The notes: generated by a model from the sequence alone, not told the origin. A stretch of 64,000 bases of DNA from Campylobacterales bacterium (GCA_027065125.1 JAMOOV010000180.1:14437-78436), one strand, 5' to 3'. Positions 51,398 to 61,762 are shown, counted from the stretch's first letter. Program-made: numbers and translations.

Positions 51398-51592
51398 ATG
51401 AGTCAAAAAATAGAAAAGATAAAAGAGGCTATCAAAAAAAGCGATAAATTAACCAAAGAGCATAAAGAGAAAGCTTTAAACAAAGTGCAAGAGTGGTATA
51501 TCGAAGATAAGGCAGAGGGTTTACTTGCAAAAGAGTTGCTAAAGATTTCAAAAGAGATAACCCCCATACTTGAAGAGATAGGACTTGTGTAG
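51398..51592 (+). CDS. hypothetical small helical protein
   Basis: 64 aa, Lys/Glu-rich. GGAG RBS 7 nt upstream. No family recognised. Confidence 0.4.
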   Translation: MSQKIEKIKEAIKKSDKLTKEHKEKALNKVQEWYIEDKAEGLLAKELLKISKEITPILEEIGLV

Positions 51593-51606
51593 CAAAATTT
51601 GTATAG

Positions 51607-52182
51607 ATGGACTATTTTATACATGTTTTGCTTATCTTTTCTAACAAAATAGGATATGCCGGTTTATATATCTATATGTTTCTTGTTGGAACTTTTGTTC
51701 CTGTTCCGAGTGAATTGATTTTGATACCGAGCGGGTACTTATCTTCAATGGGAGAAAAAAGTTATCTATCGCTTCTTTTTTGTGCAGCAGTAGGTAGCTT
51801 AAGTGGAGCTATGTTTAACTACTTTTTCTCTTTGTATATCGCCAAAAGATTTTTAAGGAAAAAGAGAATATTGGGGAAAGTTACAAGGTTTTTTAGAAAG
51901 CATGGTAAGATATCCGTCTTTCTTGCCCCGTTAACTCCGGGTCTTGGACAGTATATCTCCATACCCGCAGGTCTTTCGAGGATGAAGCTTAGATATTTTA
52001 TCCCTATAACATTTTCAGCAAATCTCATTTGGGTAAATTTTATGCTACTTGTGGGATATGTTTTTGGAGAGGGAAAAGTGAGTCATCAAAAAGTGATATA
52101 TGTTTCTCTTGTGCTTTTTGGTATTGTGATTGTAGTTTCATCAATATATGTTTTTGTGCAATTTAAGAAAAATAACTCTTAA
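51607..52182 (+). CDS. DedA family membrane protein
   Basis: 191 aa. The motif GYAGLYIYMFLVGTFVPVPSELILIPSGYL is typical of DedA/SNARE-associated proteins. Confidence 0.8.
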   Translation: MDYFIHVLLIFSNKIGYAGLYIYMFLVGTFVPVPSELILIPSGYLSSMGEKSYLSLLFCAAVGSLSGAMFNYFFSLYIAKRFLRKKRILGKVTRFFRKHGKISVFLAPLTPGLGQYISIPAGLSRMKLRYFIPITFSANLIWVNFMLLVGYVFGEGKVSHQKVIYVSLVLFGIVIVVSSIYVFVQFKKNNS

Positions 52183-52278
52183 CTTTGCATTTATAATTGC
52201 AAAGTGTAAGTTGGCTAACTGAGAAAAAGGTGGATTGATAGATATAATATCGAACAATATAATAATGAAAGGTTTGTG

Positions 52279-53676
52279 ATGGCAGTAGTTCAATCTTTTG
52301 GTGCAGCAGAGGTGGTTACGGGGTCTTGTCATGTTTTGAAGATAAAAAAAGAGCCAACAATCATGGTGGATTGCGGTATGTTTCAAGGTTTGATAGAGGG
52401 TAGAAACTATGAGCCTTTCGGATTTGACCCCTCAAGTATAGATATACTGCTTATAACCCATGCTCATTTAGATCATATCGGCAGAATCCCCAAGCTTGTA
52501 AAAGAGGGTTTTAAGGGGAAGATTTATGCTTTAGAATCAACTATGGAGTTAGCGGAAGTTGTACTTCTTGATAGTGCTCACTTGATGGAGGAGGAGTATA
52601 AAACAAGGTTTAAAAAGGCTCAAAGAAGAGGCAAAGAAAAAAAGGTAAAAAAGCCTCTTTATACTGTCGAAGATGTAAATACTTTATATGATATGGATAT
52701 CAATTATGTAACATATAATGATAGTGTAAAACTCTCTAAAAATATAACGGCAACATTTAGAAATGCAGGACATATACTCGACTCGGCTATGATAGAGATA
52801 GAGTATAAAGAAGATGAAAAAAAGAAGAAGATAGTTTTTAGCGGAGATCTTGGCAACCATAACGACTTGGTTATGAGAGACCCCGTAACACTTCAAAAAT
52901 GCGATACTCTCTATATAGAATCAACCTACGGAGACAGAAATCACAAAGGTATAAAAGATACCGAAGATGAGTTTAAAAGTGTCATTGTAAATACTTTATT
53001 GAATGAGGGAAATGTTTTGATACCCTCTTTTGCCATAGAGAGAACTCAAGAGATACTCTGTATACTAAAGCAGATGTATGACAAAAAAGAGTTGCCAGAG
53101 TGCAAGGTGTTTATAGACTCACCTATGGCGATAAGGGCAACAAAACTTTACGACAAGTATCATGATGAATTGAGTAAATGTTGCAACGATTTTTTAAAAA
53201 GAGACGGTAGTGTATTTGAGTTTCCTTATGTAAATTTTACTTTAAAGCCTGATGAATCCAAAAAGATAAATGAAGAAAAGAGCGGCTGTATCATCATAGC
53301 CGGAAGTGGTATGTGTAGTGGGGGCAGGATACTTCATCACTTTAAACAGAGACTTTGGAATGAGAGAAACAGTGTTTTATTTGTTGGCTATCAGGCAAAA
53401 GGAACTCTTGGAAGAAGGATAGTTGACGGAGATAGATTTGTAAAGATTTACCACGAAAAGATACTTTTAAAGGCAAAAGTATATACGATAAACGGATTTT
53501 CAGCCCATGCGGATCAAAACGATCTTATAGAGTGGATGAAGAGTTTTGAAAAACTTGGGAAGATATATCTTGTTCATGGAGAGAGAGACAAACAAGAGGT
53601 ATTTAAAAAGGTTATAAAAAAACGAATGGGCAAAAAAGCTCATATAGTCAAAGAGGTTGAAAAGATATGGATATAG
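52279..53676 (+). CDS. MBL-fold metallo-hydrolase with beta-CASP / RNA-specificity domain
   Basis: 465 aa from the ATG at 52279 (GTG at 52276 is also possible). HxHxDH reads THAHLDHIGRIP. A beta-CASP insertion is present, with C-terminal GFSAHADQNDL. Confidence 0.8.
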   Translation: MAVVQSFGAAEVVTGSCHVLKIKKEPTIMVDCGMFQGLIEGRNYEPFGFDPSSIDILLITHAHLDHIGRIPKLVKEGFKGKIYALESTMELAEVVLLDSAHLMEEEYKTRFKKAQRRGKEKKVKKPLYTVEDVNTLYDMDINYVTYNDSVKLSKNITATFRNAGHILDSAMIEIEYKEDEKKKKIVFSGDLGNHNDLVMRDPVTLQKCDTLYIESTYGDRNHKGIKDTEDEFKSVIVNTLLNEGNVLIPSFAIERTQEILCILKQMYDKKELPECKVFIDSPMAIRATKLYDKYHDELSKCCNDFLKRDGSVFEFPYVNFTLKPDESKKINEEKSGCIIIAGSGMCSGGRILHHFKQRLWNERNSVLFVGYQAKGTLGRRIVDGDRFVKIYHEKILLKAKVYTINGFSAHADQNDLIEWMKSFEKLGKIYLVHGERDKQEVFKKVIKKRMGKKAHIVKEVEKIWI

Positions 53677-53685
53677 GAGGGAAAT

Positions 53686-56247
53686 ATGCCAAACGATATT
53701 GAGAAATTTAATGGTTTAAGCTCCGAAGAGGTAAGAGAAAGACTTAAAAAATACGGTTATAATGAGATAAAAGAGAAGGAAGAGAGTTGGTATCATCGTC
53801 TTTTTAGAAGATTTTGGGGACCAATTCCCTGGATGATAGAGATAGCTGCGATACTTTCGGCTGTTGCTAAGAGATGGGAAGATTTCATTATCATTATGAT
53901 AATGCTTTTGGTAAATGCTTTTGTGGATTTTTATCAAGAGTTCAAAGCACTAAATGCTATAGCTGTTTTAAAAAAGAAGTTAGCAAGAAAAGCTACCGTT
54001 TTAAGAGATGGCAAATGGCAGGAGGTGGATGCAAAAGAGTTAGTACCGGATGATATTATAAAAGTAAAGATCGGGGATATTGTTCCGGCTGATTGCGAAT
54101 TGCTCAAAGGAAGCGACTTTTTGCAAGTAGACCAATCCGCTTTAACGGGAGAGTCTTTGCCGGTCAATAAAAAAGAGGGCGATATTCTTTATGCAAATGC
54201 CATCATAAAACAGGGCGAAATGATTGCAAAAGTTACTGCAACGGCTTTAAATACATACTTTGGTAAGACCGTAGGACTTGTAGCAAAAGCTGAAAAAGAG
54301 GAAAAGAGCCATTTTCAAAAAATGGTTATAAAAGTGGGTAATTTTTTGATCCTTGTAACTGTTGTAATGATTGCGATTATTGTTTATTTTGGGCTTAAGA
54401 GAGATGAGCCTGTTGTTGATCTTTTGATTTTTGCTCTTGTATTGACCATATCTGCCATTCCCGTGGCGATGCCTGCTGTATTAACTGTAACTATGGCTTT
54501 GGGAGCGAGAGTTTTGGCAACAAAAGAGGCTATAGTGTCCAGACTTGCCGCCATAGAAGAGATGGCTGGGATGGATATACTTTGCTCGGATAAAACCGGA
54601 ACTTTGACAAAAAATGAAATGAGTCTTGCTGAACCATACTTTATAAAAGGGTTTGACAAAGATACACTTATGTTGTATGCGGCACTTGCCAGTAAAAAAG
54701 AAAATAACGATCCTATAGAAAAACCGATTTTTGAATATATCCAAAAAATGCAATTAGATGATAAGCTTTCAAAAGAAGAACTTAAGAAGTTTATCCCCTT
54801 TGATCCTGTTCATAAACGAACGGAGGGTATATATAAAAGTTGTTTTATATATACAAAAGGTGCTCCTCAAATTATCATAGATGAGTGTAATGAGAGTGAA
54901 TTTGATAAAAAAGAGGCTTATAAAAAAGTTGAAGAGTTTGCAAGCAAAGGGTTTAGAACACTTGGGGTTGCTTATAAAAAAGCAAAGGAAGATGTGTACC
55001 ATTTTGTCGGGCTTATTCCTCTGTTTGATCCGCCGAGAGAAGATTCTAAAAATGCTATAAAAGAGGCAAATGCAAAAGGAGTTACCGTTAAAATGGTAAC
55101 AGGCGATAATATTGAGGTAGCCAAATATATAGCCGGTATTTTGGGGATAGGTAATGATATAGAAAGTATTAGAACTTTAAAAGGGGAAGATACAAAGGAG
55201 TATATCTATCTTGCAAAAATTATCTCAAAAGCCTTTATAAAAACTCTTCAGCCCAAAATTTCAAAAGATATGGCAGAAGAGAAAGTTGGTGAAATTGTAA
55301 AAGAGGTTAAAAAAGAGCTTGAAAAACAGCCATTATCTCCCGGAACCGTAAAAAAACACGAATCCGAAATTATAAAACTTATAGAAAAAGCTAACGGCTT
55401 TGCCGAGGTTTTTCCTGAAGATAAATATTTTATAGTGGATAAGCTTCAAAAAGCTGATCATATAGTAGGAATGACCGGAGACGGAGTCAATGATGCTCCT
55501 GCACTTAAAAAAGCCGATTGTGGTATAGCCGTCAGCCGAGCGACTGATGCGGCGAGGGCGGCTGCGGATATAGTTTTGATGTCTCCGGGACTTACGGTTA
55601 TCGTAGATGCTATAAAAGAGGCCAGGATAATATTTGAGAGGATGAAAAGTTATACGATTTTTAGGATAGCCGAAACTATTAGAATTATTATCTTTATGAC
55701 CTTGGCGATAGTTGTTTATAACTTTTATCCTATAACGGCTATCATGATCATTGTTTTGGCACTTTTAAACGATATACCTATCATGACTATAGCATACGAT
55801 AATACAAAAGTGAGAAAACAGCCGGTAAGATGGGATATGAAAGAGATATTTATTTTGGCATCATGGCTCGGATTTGCCGGAGTTTTAAGTTCGTTTGCTC
55901 TTTTTTGGATACTTATATCGTATATGCATTTGCCTCTTGTTTTTGTGCAGTCGGTATTTTTTGCTAAACTTGTTATTGCAGGACATGGAACGATATACAA
56001 TACAAGGATTGATGATTGGTTTTGGAAAAAGCCATGGCCATCTTGGACACTCTTTGGTGCCACTTTTTCAAGTAGAGTTGCAGGAACGATTATAGCGGTT
56101 TACGGTTTTGGCTTGATGGAGCCTATAGGTTGGAAATGGGCGGCTTATATGTGGGCTTATGCACTTATTTGGTTTGTATTTAATGATATTGTAAAAATAG
56201 CGGTTTTAAGATATTATAAAAGAAAAAACGGAACTGATATTATATAA
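53686..56247 (+). CDS. P-type ATPase, type IIIA (plasma-membrane H+-ATPase-like)
   Basis: 853 aa with TGES, CSDKTGTLTKN, MVTGD and GDGVNDAPALKKAD. The N-terminus GLSSEEVRERLKKYGYNEIKEKEESWYHRLFRRFWGPIPWMIEIAAILS resembles plant/fungal/archaeal P3A pumps rather than MgtA, Kdp or Cu pumps. Confidence 0.8.
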   Translation: MPNDIEKFNGLSSEEVRERLKKYGYNEIKEKEESWYHRLFRRFWGPIPWMIEIAAILSAVAKRWEDFIIIMIMLLVNAFVDFYQEFKALNAIAVLKKKLARKATVLRDGKWQEVDAKELVPDDIIKVKIGDIVPADCELLKGSDFLQVDQSALTGESLPVNKKEGDILYANAIIKQGEMIAKVTATALNTYFGKTVGLVAKAEKEEKSHFQKMVIKVGNFLILVTVVMIAIIVYFGLKRDEPVVDLLIFALVLTISAIPVAMPAVLTVTMALGARVLATKEAIVSRLAAIEEMAGMDILCSDKTGTLTKNEMSLAEPYFIKGFDKDTLMLYAALASKKENNDPIEKPIFEYIQKMQLDDKLSKEELKKFIPFDPVHKRTEGIYKSCFIYTKGAPQIIIDECNESEFDKKEAYKKVEEFASKGFRTLGVAYKKAKEDVYHFVGLIPLFDPPREDSKNAIKEANAKGVTVKMVTGDNIEVAKYIAGILGIGNDIESIRTLKGEDTKEYIYLAKIISKAFIKTLQPKISKDMAEEKVGEIVKEVKKELEKQPLSPGTVKKHESEIIKLIEKANGFAEVFPEDKYFIVDKLQKADHIVGMTGDGVNDAPALKKADCGIAVSRATDAARAAADIVLMSPGLTVIVDAIKEARIIFERMKSYTIFRIAETIRIIIFMTLAIVVYNFYPITAIMIIVLALLNDIPIMTIAYDNTKVRKQPVRWDMKEIFILASWLGFAGVLSSFALFWILISYMHLPLVFVQSVFFAKLVIAGHGTIYNTRIDDWFWKKPWPSWTLFGATFSSRVAGTIIAVYGFGLMEPIGWKWAAYMWAYALIWFVFNDIVKIAVLRYYKRKNGTDII

Positions 56248-56349
56248 TCAGAAAGAGATAAGAAAAATATTATGAAACATTTTTTTATCTATGATAATGA
56301 TATAATATGCAAGTTTAAAAAAATATTATAAAAAAGGATAAATATTTTT

Positions 56350-57591
56350 ATGAATATAAGTACGGATTTTGTAAATCTTATCGTTACAGTTGCTTTTAGC
56401 TTTTTGATAGGGCTTGAAGTTAAAACTTATAGGATACAGTATCATGATAACTCCACAAAGTATTTTTTTGGAAGTGCAAGAACCTTTACTTTTGTAGGAA
56501 TGCTTGGGTTTATTTTTTACAAAATAGACTTGATGGCATATTTGTCGGTTTTGTTGGGATTGACTATTTTATATGCACTTTTTTATTATCAAAAGCTTTT
56601 AAATAAAAAACAGAGTATTTTGTTATATCTTGTTATGCTAATAGTTTATGGACTTGGTCCGATAACTGTGAAATTTCCCATATGGATGACATCTTTGATT
56701 TTTGTGCTTATAGTTTTTATCCTTAATGCTAAAAACAGTATACATAAATTTACTCAAGATTTTAATCCCTATGAATTTGAAATACTCGGTAAAATGATAT
56801 TGCTTTCAGCTGTTATCTTGCCACTTTTGCCAAACAAAGAAGTTATACCTTATGTCCCTATATCTCCTTTTAAAATATGGTTGGCAGTTGTTGTGGTGTC
56901 TGGCATCAGTTATGGTGGATATATTGCCCAAAAGTATTTTTTTCCAAATAAAGGATATTTTTTAACAGGAATTATAGGCGGAACATATTCGTCAACTGCC
57001 ACAACAGTAGTTCTATCAAGAAAAGCTAATAAAACAGGAAGAAATCCAATTGTAGAAGCTGCTATTGTAGTAGCAACTTCGGTTATGTATATAAGACTTA
57101 TTGTAGTGGCAGCTATATTTAATTTTTCCATTGCTAAATCTATAGCATTGCCTTTTGTATTACTCTCTTTGGCGGGAATTATTGTATCTTTATTTTTTTT
57201 ATATTCTAAAAAAACAAGAGATATCAATAGTGAATTTGTTGATTCAAATCCATTAGAACTTGGTGCGGCTTTTATATTTGCTATACTTTTTATCGTCATG
57301 ATGCTTTTAACGAACTATATCACCAGCCAATACGGTTCTTTGGGGCTTAAAATATTTTCATTTGTAGCAGGTTTTACCGATATAGACCCTTTTGTTTTAT
57401 CTCTTGTAACGGGTAAATTCAGTATTAACTCCAAAGAGATAGTGGATGCCGTTATGGTTGCCGCAGGTAGCAACAATCTTTTAAAAGCGATATATGCTTT
57501 ATGGTTCGGAGGATGGAAAAATACATATAGATCCTCTTTGTGGGTTGCAGGTCTTGGTGTTTTCACGATATTTTGGGCTTTAAGTACCTGA
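56350..57591 (+). CDS. MgtC/SapB-family membrane protein with DUF4010-type C-terminal domain
   Basis: 413 aa, about 11 TM helices. The N-terminus VTVAFSFLIGLEVKTYR resembles the MgtC IGLERE motif. Confidence 0.6.
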   Translation: MNISTDFVNLIVTVAFSFLIGLEVKTYRIQYHDNSTKYFFGSARTFTFVGMLGFIFYKIDLMAYLSVLLGLTILYALFYYQKLLNKKQSILLYLVMLIVYGLGPITVKFPIWMTSLIFVLIVFILNAKNSIHKFTQDFNPYEFEILGKMILLSAVILPLLPNKEVIPYVPISPFKIWLAVVVVSGISYGGYIAQKYFFPNKGYFLTGIIGGTYSSTATTVVLSRKANKTGRNPIVEAAIVVATSVMYIRLIVVAAIFNFSIAKSIALPFVLLSLAGIIVSLFFLYSKKTRDINSEFVDSNPLELGAAFIFAILFIVMMLLTNYITSQYGSLGLKIFSFVAGFTDIDPFVLSLVTGKFSINSKEIVDAVMVAAGSNNLLKAIYALWFGGWKNTYRSSLWVAGLGVFTIFWALST

Positions 57592-57702
57592 CTAAAAGAA
57601 ACCCTAACTAATAGAAACTCAAAAAGGCTGTAGATACAAGGCGAAAACTCGCAGATGTATTTGTTATACTTCAAGAGTTTTGCTTATTATAGGAGAAAAG
57701 AT

Positions 57703-58605
57703 ATGATAAAAAATGATGTATTACCTTGGGAGCATCCAAAGTTAGAAGAAGAGGATCCAAAATCAGTAGAACTTATAAAAACGATTATGAAAAGTCCTAC
57801 TTATAAAATGGCGGAAGAGGATGAAAAATTTATAAGCTCATATGAAGCGAGGGCTATAAGACTTGAACTTGATTATCTAAAGTGTGAACTAAAGATGAAT
57901 GAGTACGGTATAAAGCATACTATTGTAGTTTTCGGAAGTGCCAGAATAGTTGAGAAAAAAACGGCTATGAAGAGACTTAAAATCATACAAGAGATGCTTG
58001 AGAAAAAAGATAATGATAGAAATCTTTTAAGGGAACTTTATATAGCTGAAAGAATGGTTGGAAAGAGTATATATTATGAAGATGCAAGAAAATTCGGAAG
58101 ACTTGTCGGTAAGAGCGGAAAGGGAGCGAAAGACTGCAAAGTAACTTTGATGACTGGAGGTGGTCCAGGTATCATGGAAGCAGCAAACAGAGGAGCTTAT
58201 GATGTGGGATCAAAAAGTATAGGACTCAATATAAAACTTCCTCATGAACAGTATCCAAATCCATACATAACACCCGATCTTTGCTTTTTGTTTCACTATT
58301 TCGCTGTCAGAAAACTACACTTTTTAAATAGAGCAAAAGCTCTTGTAGTATATCCCGGAGGATTTGGAACATTTGATGAACTTTTTGAAACTTTGACTTT
58401 GATTCAAACCAAAAAGAGTGACAAGATACCGGTAGTATTGGTTGGTAGAAACTATTGGGAGAAAGCTATTGATTTTGATTTTTTAAAAGATGAGGGGGTG
58501 ATTGCTCCCGATGATGTAAATATCTTCAAATTTGCTGACAATGCTGATGAAGCATGGAAACATATAGTTTCTTGGCACGAAAAAAATGATAAGCCTCTTT
58601 TTTGA
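57703..58605 (+). CDS. LOG family (TIGR00730-type) nucleotide N-glycosidase-like protein
   Basis: The ATG at 57703 is preceded by AGGAG; the track ORF starts at 57655. Motifs are GGGPGIMEAANRGA and YPGGFGTFDELFE. Confidence 0.8.
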   Translation: MIKNDVLPWEHPKLEEEDPKSVELIKTIMKSPTYKMAEEDEKFISSYEARAIRLELDYLKCELKMNEYGIKHTIVVFGSARIVEKKTAMKRLKIIQEMLEKKDNDRNLLRELYIAERMVGKSIYYEDARKFGRLVGKSGKGAKDCKVTLMTGGGPGIMEAANRGAYDVGSKSIGLNIKLPHEQYPNPYITPDLCFLFHYFAVRKLHFLNRAKALVVYPGGFGTFDELFETLTLIQTKKSDKIPVVLVGRNYWEKAIDFDFLKDEGVIAPDDVNIFKFADNADEAWKHIVSWHEKNDKPLF

Positions 58606-58705
58606 GAATAAATTTTTATATAAAGTTAAATGATGCGGCAAGAGTATAATATGTCATAATTTTATCAAGGAAGATAGTGAATTAACTAAATTGAAAAGGA
58701 AAAAA

Positions 58706-59737
58706 ATGTCTAATAACTCAAAACTCAAAACTCAAAACTCAAAACTATTAATAACCGGTGGTGCTGGATACATAGGAAGTCATTTAGTAAAGCAATTATT
58801 ACAAACGACAAACAGTGAAATAGTAGTATTAGATAATTTAGTTACAGGATTTGATAAAACTATTCAAACTTTACAAAAGATAAGAAACTTTAAATTTATC
58901 AATCAAGATTTAAAAGAGTGGGATAAAATAGAAAAAATTTTAGATGAAGAAAAGTTTGATACGATTATTCATTTTGCTGCGAGTTTAATTGTGCCAGAAA
59001 GCATGGAAAATCCAGCGAAGTATTATCTAAACAATACAGCAAATACTACGAATTTAGTTAATTGTGCTGCAAAAAGTGGAGTTAAAAAGTTTATATTTTC
59101 TTCAACAGCAGCAGTTTATGGAGAACCTAATTTAAAAGATGCTATAAATGGAATAGATGAAAAATTTCCAAAAAATCCAATAAATCCGTATGGACAAAGC
59201 AAACTATTTAGTGAAAAAATCATTCAAGATATATCTAAAATTAGTAATATGAAATATGTAATTTTTAGATATTTTAATGTAGCAGGAGCCGATAAAGAGG
59301 GAATAATCGGTCAATCAACTAAAAATGCTACTCATATAATCAAAGTAGCGGCCGAAACTGCATTAGGAAAAAGAGATAAAATGTATATATTTGGAGATGA
59401 GTATGATACACCTGATGGCACTTGTATTAGAGATTATATAGATGTAGATGATTTAGCAAGTGCTCACATTGATGCCATTAAATATTTATGTTACAATAAC
59501 AGCAATATTTTTAATGTAGGTTATTCAAAAGGTTATAGTGTAAAAGAAGTAATTGAAACTATGAAAAAAGTGAGTGGAAATGATTTCAAAGTAGAGATTG
59601 CTCCAAAAAGAGTAGGAGATCCAGCACTTTTGATTTCAGATAACAGCAAAATAAAAAAAGAGATGAATTGGCAACCTAAATATGATAATTTAGAGTTAAT
59701 TTGTAAAAAAGCACTTGAATGGGAAAGCAAACTGTAA
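58706..59737 (+). CDS. galE: UDP-glucose 4-epimerase
   Basis: ITGGAGYIGSH Rossmann motif and the YGQSK catalytic YxxxK. The ATG at 58706 has an AAGGA RBS (TTG at 58691 is also possible). The N-terminal 13 aa are encoded by a heptanucleotide repeat. Confidence 0.9.
   Translation: MSNNSKLKTQNSKLLITGGAGYIGSHLVKQLLQTTNSEIVVLDNLVTGFDKTIQTLQKIRNFKFINQDLKEWDKIEKILDEEKFDTIIHFAASLIVPESMENPAKYYLNNTANTTNLVNCAAKSGVKKFIFSSTAAVYGEPNLKDAINGIDEKFPKNPINPYGQSKLFSEKIIQDISKISNMKYVIFRYFNVAGADKEGIIGQSTKNATHIIKVAAETALGKRDKMYIFGDEYDTPDGTCIRDYIDVDDLASAHIDAIKYLCYNNSNIFNVGYSKGYSVKEVIETMKKVSGNDFKVEIAPKRVGDPALLISDNSKIKKEMNWQPKYDNLELICKKALEWESKL
58715..58746 (+). repeat. heptanucleotide tandem repeat (AACTCAA / CTCAAAA) x ~4.5 inside the 5' end of galE
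   Basis: ctcaaaa occurs at 58717, 58724, 58731 and 58738, flanked by partial units. It is read as NSKLKTQNSKL between the start codon and the Rossmann motif. Confidence 0.95.
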
Positions 59738-59783
59738 TAATCAAATAGATTTTCTAAATTTTTATGAGTGAAGAGATGGAAGG

Positions 59784-59814
59784 GGTTTGGCACCTAAGTT
59801 TTGGGTGCCAAACC
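59784..59814. terminator. bidirectional terminator hairpin between convergent galE and dnaK
   Basis: Perfect 11-bp stem GGTTTGGCACC (59784-59794) with GGTGCCAAACC (59804-59814) and a 9-nt loop. Confidence 0.75.
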
Positions 59815-59848
59815 TATATCGTGTGTTTTCAGAAAATTGATTGTGAGA

Positions 59849-61738
59849 TTATTCTACCTCAGCATCGATAACATCGTCATCAGCAGGTTTATTATTGTCT
59901 GCTTTTTGTTCTCCTGCACCTGCAGGTTTTTCATCTTTTTTATACATAGCTTCCGCCAATTTATGGCTAACATCAGTCAAAGCTTTTACCTTTTCATCTA
60001 TCTGCTCTTTTGTTACATTTTCATTTTTCAATGTCTCTTTTAGAGCATCAAGTGCAGCTTGAACCTTATCTTTCTCGGCTTGGTCTATCTTGTCGCCTAC
60101 TTCACCAAGAGTTTTTTCAGTTTGATGAGCTAAAGCATCTGCTTGATTTTTAGCATCAATCAACTCTTTTCTCTTCTTATCTTCCTCTTTGTGAAGCTCG
60201 GCATCTTTAACCATCTTCTCTATTTCAGTCTCATCAAGTCCGCTTGAACCGGTTATCTTGATCTCTTGAGCTTTGCCGGTAGCTTTATCTTTTGCACTAA
60301 CAGTTAAGATACCGTTTGCATCAATATCAAATGTAACTTCGATTTGAGGTACACCTCTTGGAGCAGGCGGAATTCCCTCAAGGTTAAACTGTCCAAGAGA
60401 TTTATTATCTTTTGCAAACTCTCTCTCGCCCTGTAAAACATGTATTGTAACCGCACTTTGGTTATCCTCGGCAGTTGAAAAAATTTGTGACTTCTTAACC
60501 GGAATAGTCGTGCCTTTTTCGATAACTTTAGTCGTAACTCCGCCAAGTGTCTCAATACCAAGGCTTAATGGTGTAATATCAAGTAAAAGAACATCTTTTA
60601 CATCACCTTTTATAACTGCTCCCTGTATAGCAGCTCCTATTGCCACAACTTCATCCGGATTCATAGACTTATTAAGATCTTTTCCAAAGAAAGCTTTTAC
60701 TTTTTCTTGAACCAAAGGAACTCTTGTACTTCCTCCGACCATAACGATCTCTTTTATTTCATCTTTTGAAAGATCTGATTCTTTTACAACTTGCTCAATT
60801 TTAGCGATAGTCTCATCTACCAAATCCTCTATCAAACTCTCAAATTTAGCTCTTGTTATCTTTTTAACAAAGTGCTTAGGACCACTTGCATCAGCTGTGA
60901 TAAACGGTAAGTTTATCTCTGTCTCAGTTGCTGTTGAAAGCTCTTTTTTAGCATTTTCAGCAGCCTCTTTAAGTCTTTGAAGAGCCATAACATCTTGTTT
61001 TAGATCGATACCACTCTCACTTTTAAACTCATTACAAGCCCAGTCTATAACTCTATTGTCAAAATCATCACCGCCCAAGAAAGCATTACCGCCTGTTGCA
61101 AGAACTTCTACGACATTATCGCCTGTTTCAAGAACGGTAACATCAAATGTTCCTCCACCAAGATCGTAAACTACAATCTTCTCAGCATTTTTCTTATCAA
61201 GTCCGTATGCCAAAGCTGCAGCCGTAGGCTCGTTGACGATTCTAAGTACATTTAGTCCGGCTATTGTTCCGGCCTCTTTTGTAGCTTTTCTTTGACTATC
61301 GTTAAAATATGCTGGTACGGTAATAACTGCATCAGTAACTTTTTCTCCAAGAAAAGCCTCTGCATCCTCTTTTAACTTCATAAGAATCTTTGCACTTATC
61401 TCTTGAGGAGTATAAACTTTGCCCTCCACATCTATAGCACAAGCTCCGTTTCTGTCGATTACCTCATAAGGAAGTCTTTTTTTAGCCTCTTTGGCTTTAT
61501 CTTCATTACACATTAAACCCATAATTCTCTTTATGGAGTATATAGTTTTCTTAGGGTTTGTAACCGCTTGTCTTTTTGCCGGATCACCCACCAAAATCTC
61601 ACCCTTGTCTGTAAAAGCAACAACTGAAGGTGTTGTGTTTTTACCCTCTTTGTTTGCTATAACTTTACTCTCTCCTCTTTCATAAACACTCACACAGGAG
61701 TTTGTTGTTCCAAGATCAATTCCTATAACTTTACTCAT
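59849..61738 (-). CDS. dnaK: molecular chaperone DnaK (Hsp70)
   Basis: 629 aa. [42 protein letters not shown]... is very close to Campylobacter DnaK. Confidence 0.98.
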   Translation of the reverse strand: MSKVIGIDLGTTNSCVSVYERGESKVIANKEGKNTTPSVVAFTDKGEILVGDPAKRQAVTNPKKTIYSIKRIMGLMCNEDKAKEAKKRLPYEVIDRNGACAIDVEGKVYTPQEISAKILMKLKEDAEAFLGEKVTDAVITVPAYFNDSQRKATKEAGTIAGLNVLRIVNEPTAAALAYGLDKKNAEKIVVYDLGGGTFDVTVLETGDNVVEVLATGGNAFLGGDDFDNRVIDWACNEFKSESGIDLKQDVMALQRLKEAAENAKKELSTATETEINLPFITADASGPKHFVKKITRAKFESLIEDLVDETIAKIEQVVKESDLSKDEIKEIVMVGGSTRVPLVQEKVKAFFGKDLNKSMNPDEVVAIGAAIQGAVIKGDVKDVLLLDITPLSLGIETLGGVTTKVIEKGTTIPVKKSQIFSTAEDNQSAVTIHVLQGEREFAKDNKSLGQFNLEGIPPAPRGVPQIEVTFDIDANGILTVSAKDKATGKAQEIKITGSSGLDETEIEKMVKDAELHKEEDKKRKELIDAKNQADALAHQTEKTLGEVGDKIDQAEKDKVQAALDALKETLKNENVTKEQIDEKVKALTDVSHKLAEAMYKKDEKPAGAGEQKADNNKPADDDVIDAEVE

Positions 61739-61762
61739 TTTACATCCTTTAATTTAATTTTT

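Noticed and set aside
56272-56331. 19-codon upstream ORF (MKHFFIYDNDIICKFKKIL) ending just before the RBS of the MgtC/DUF4010 gene, reminiscent of mgtC leader peptides.
   Set aside because: It has no convincing RBS, no Pro or charged-codon bias of the kind used by the known mgt leaders, and no obvious alternative hairpins. Short AT-rich ORFs arise easily by chance here.
59801-60043. 80-aa + strand ORF at the 3' end of dnaK, along with other short ORFs inside dnaK, grpE, flhA, pnp, guaA and similar genes.
   Set aside because: All are embedded antisense or out of frame in strongly supported genes and have hydrophobic or low-complexity translations. I treat them as shadow ORFs.
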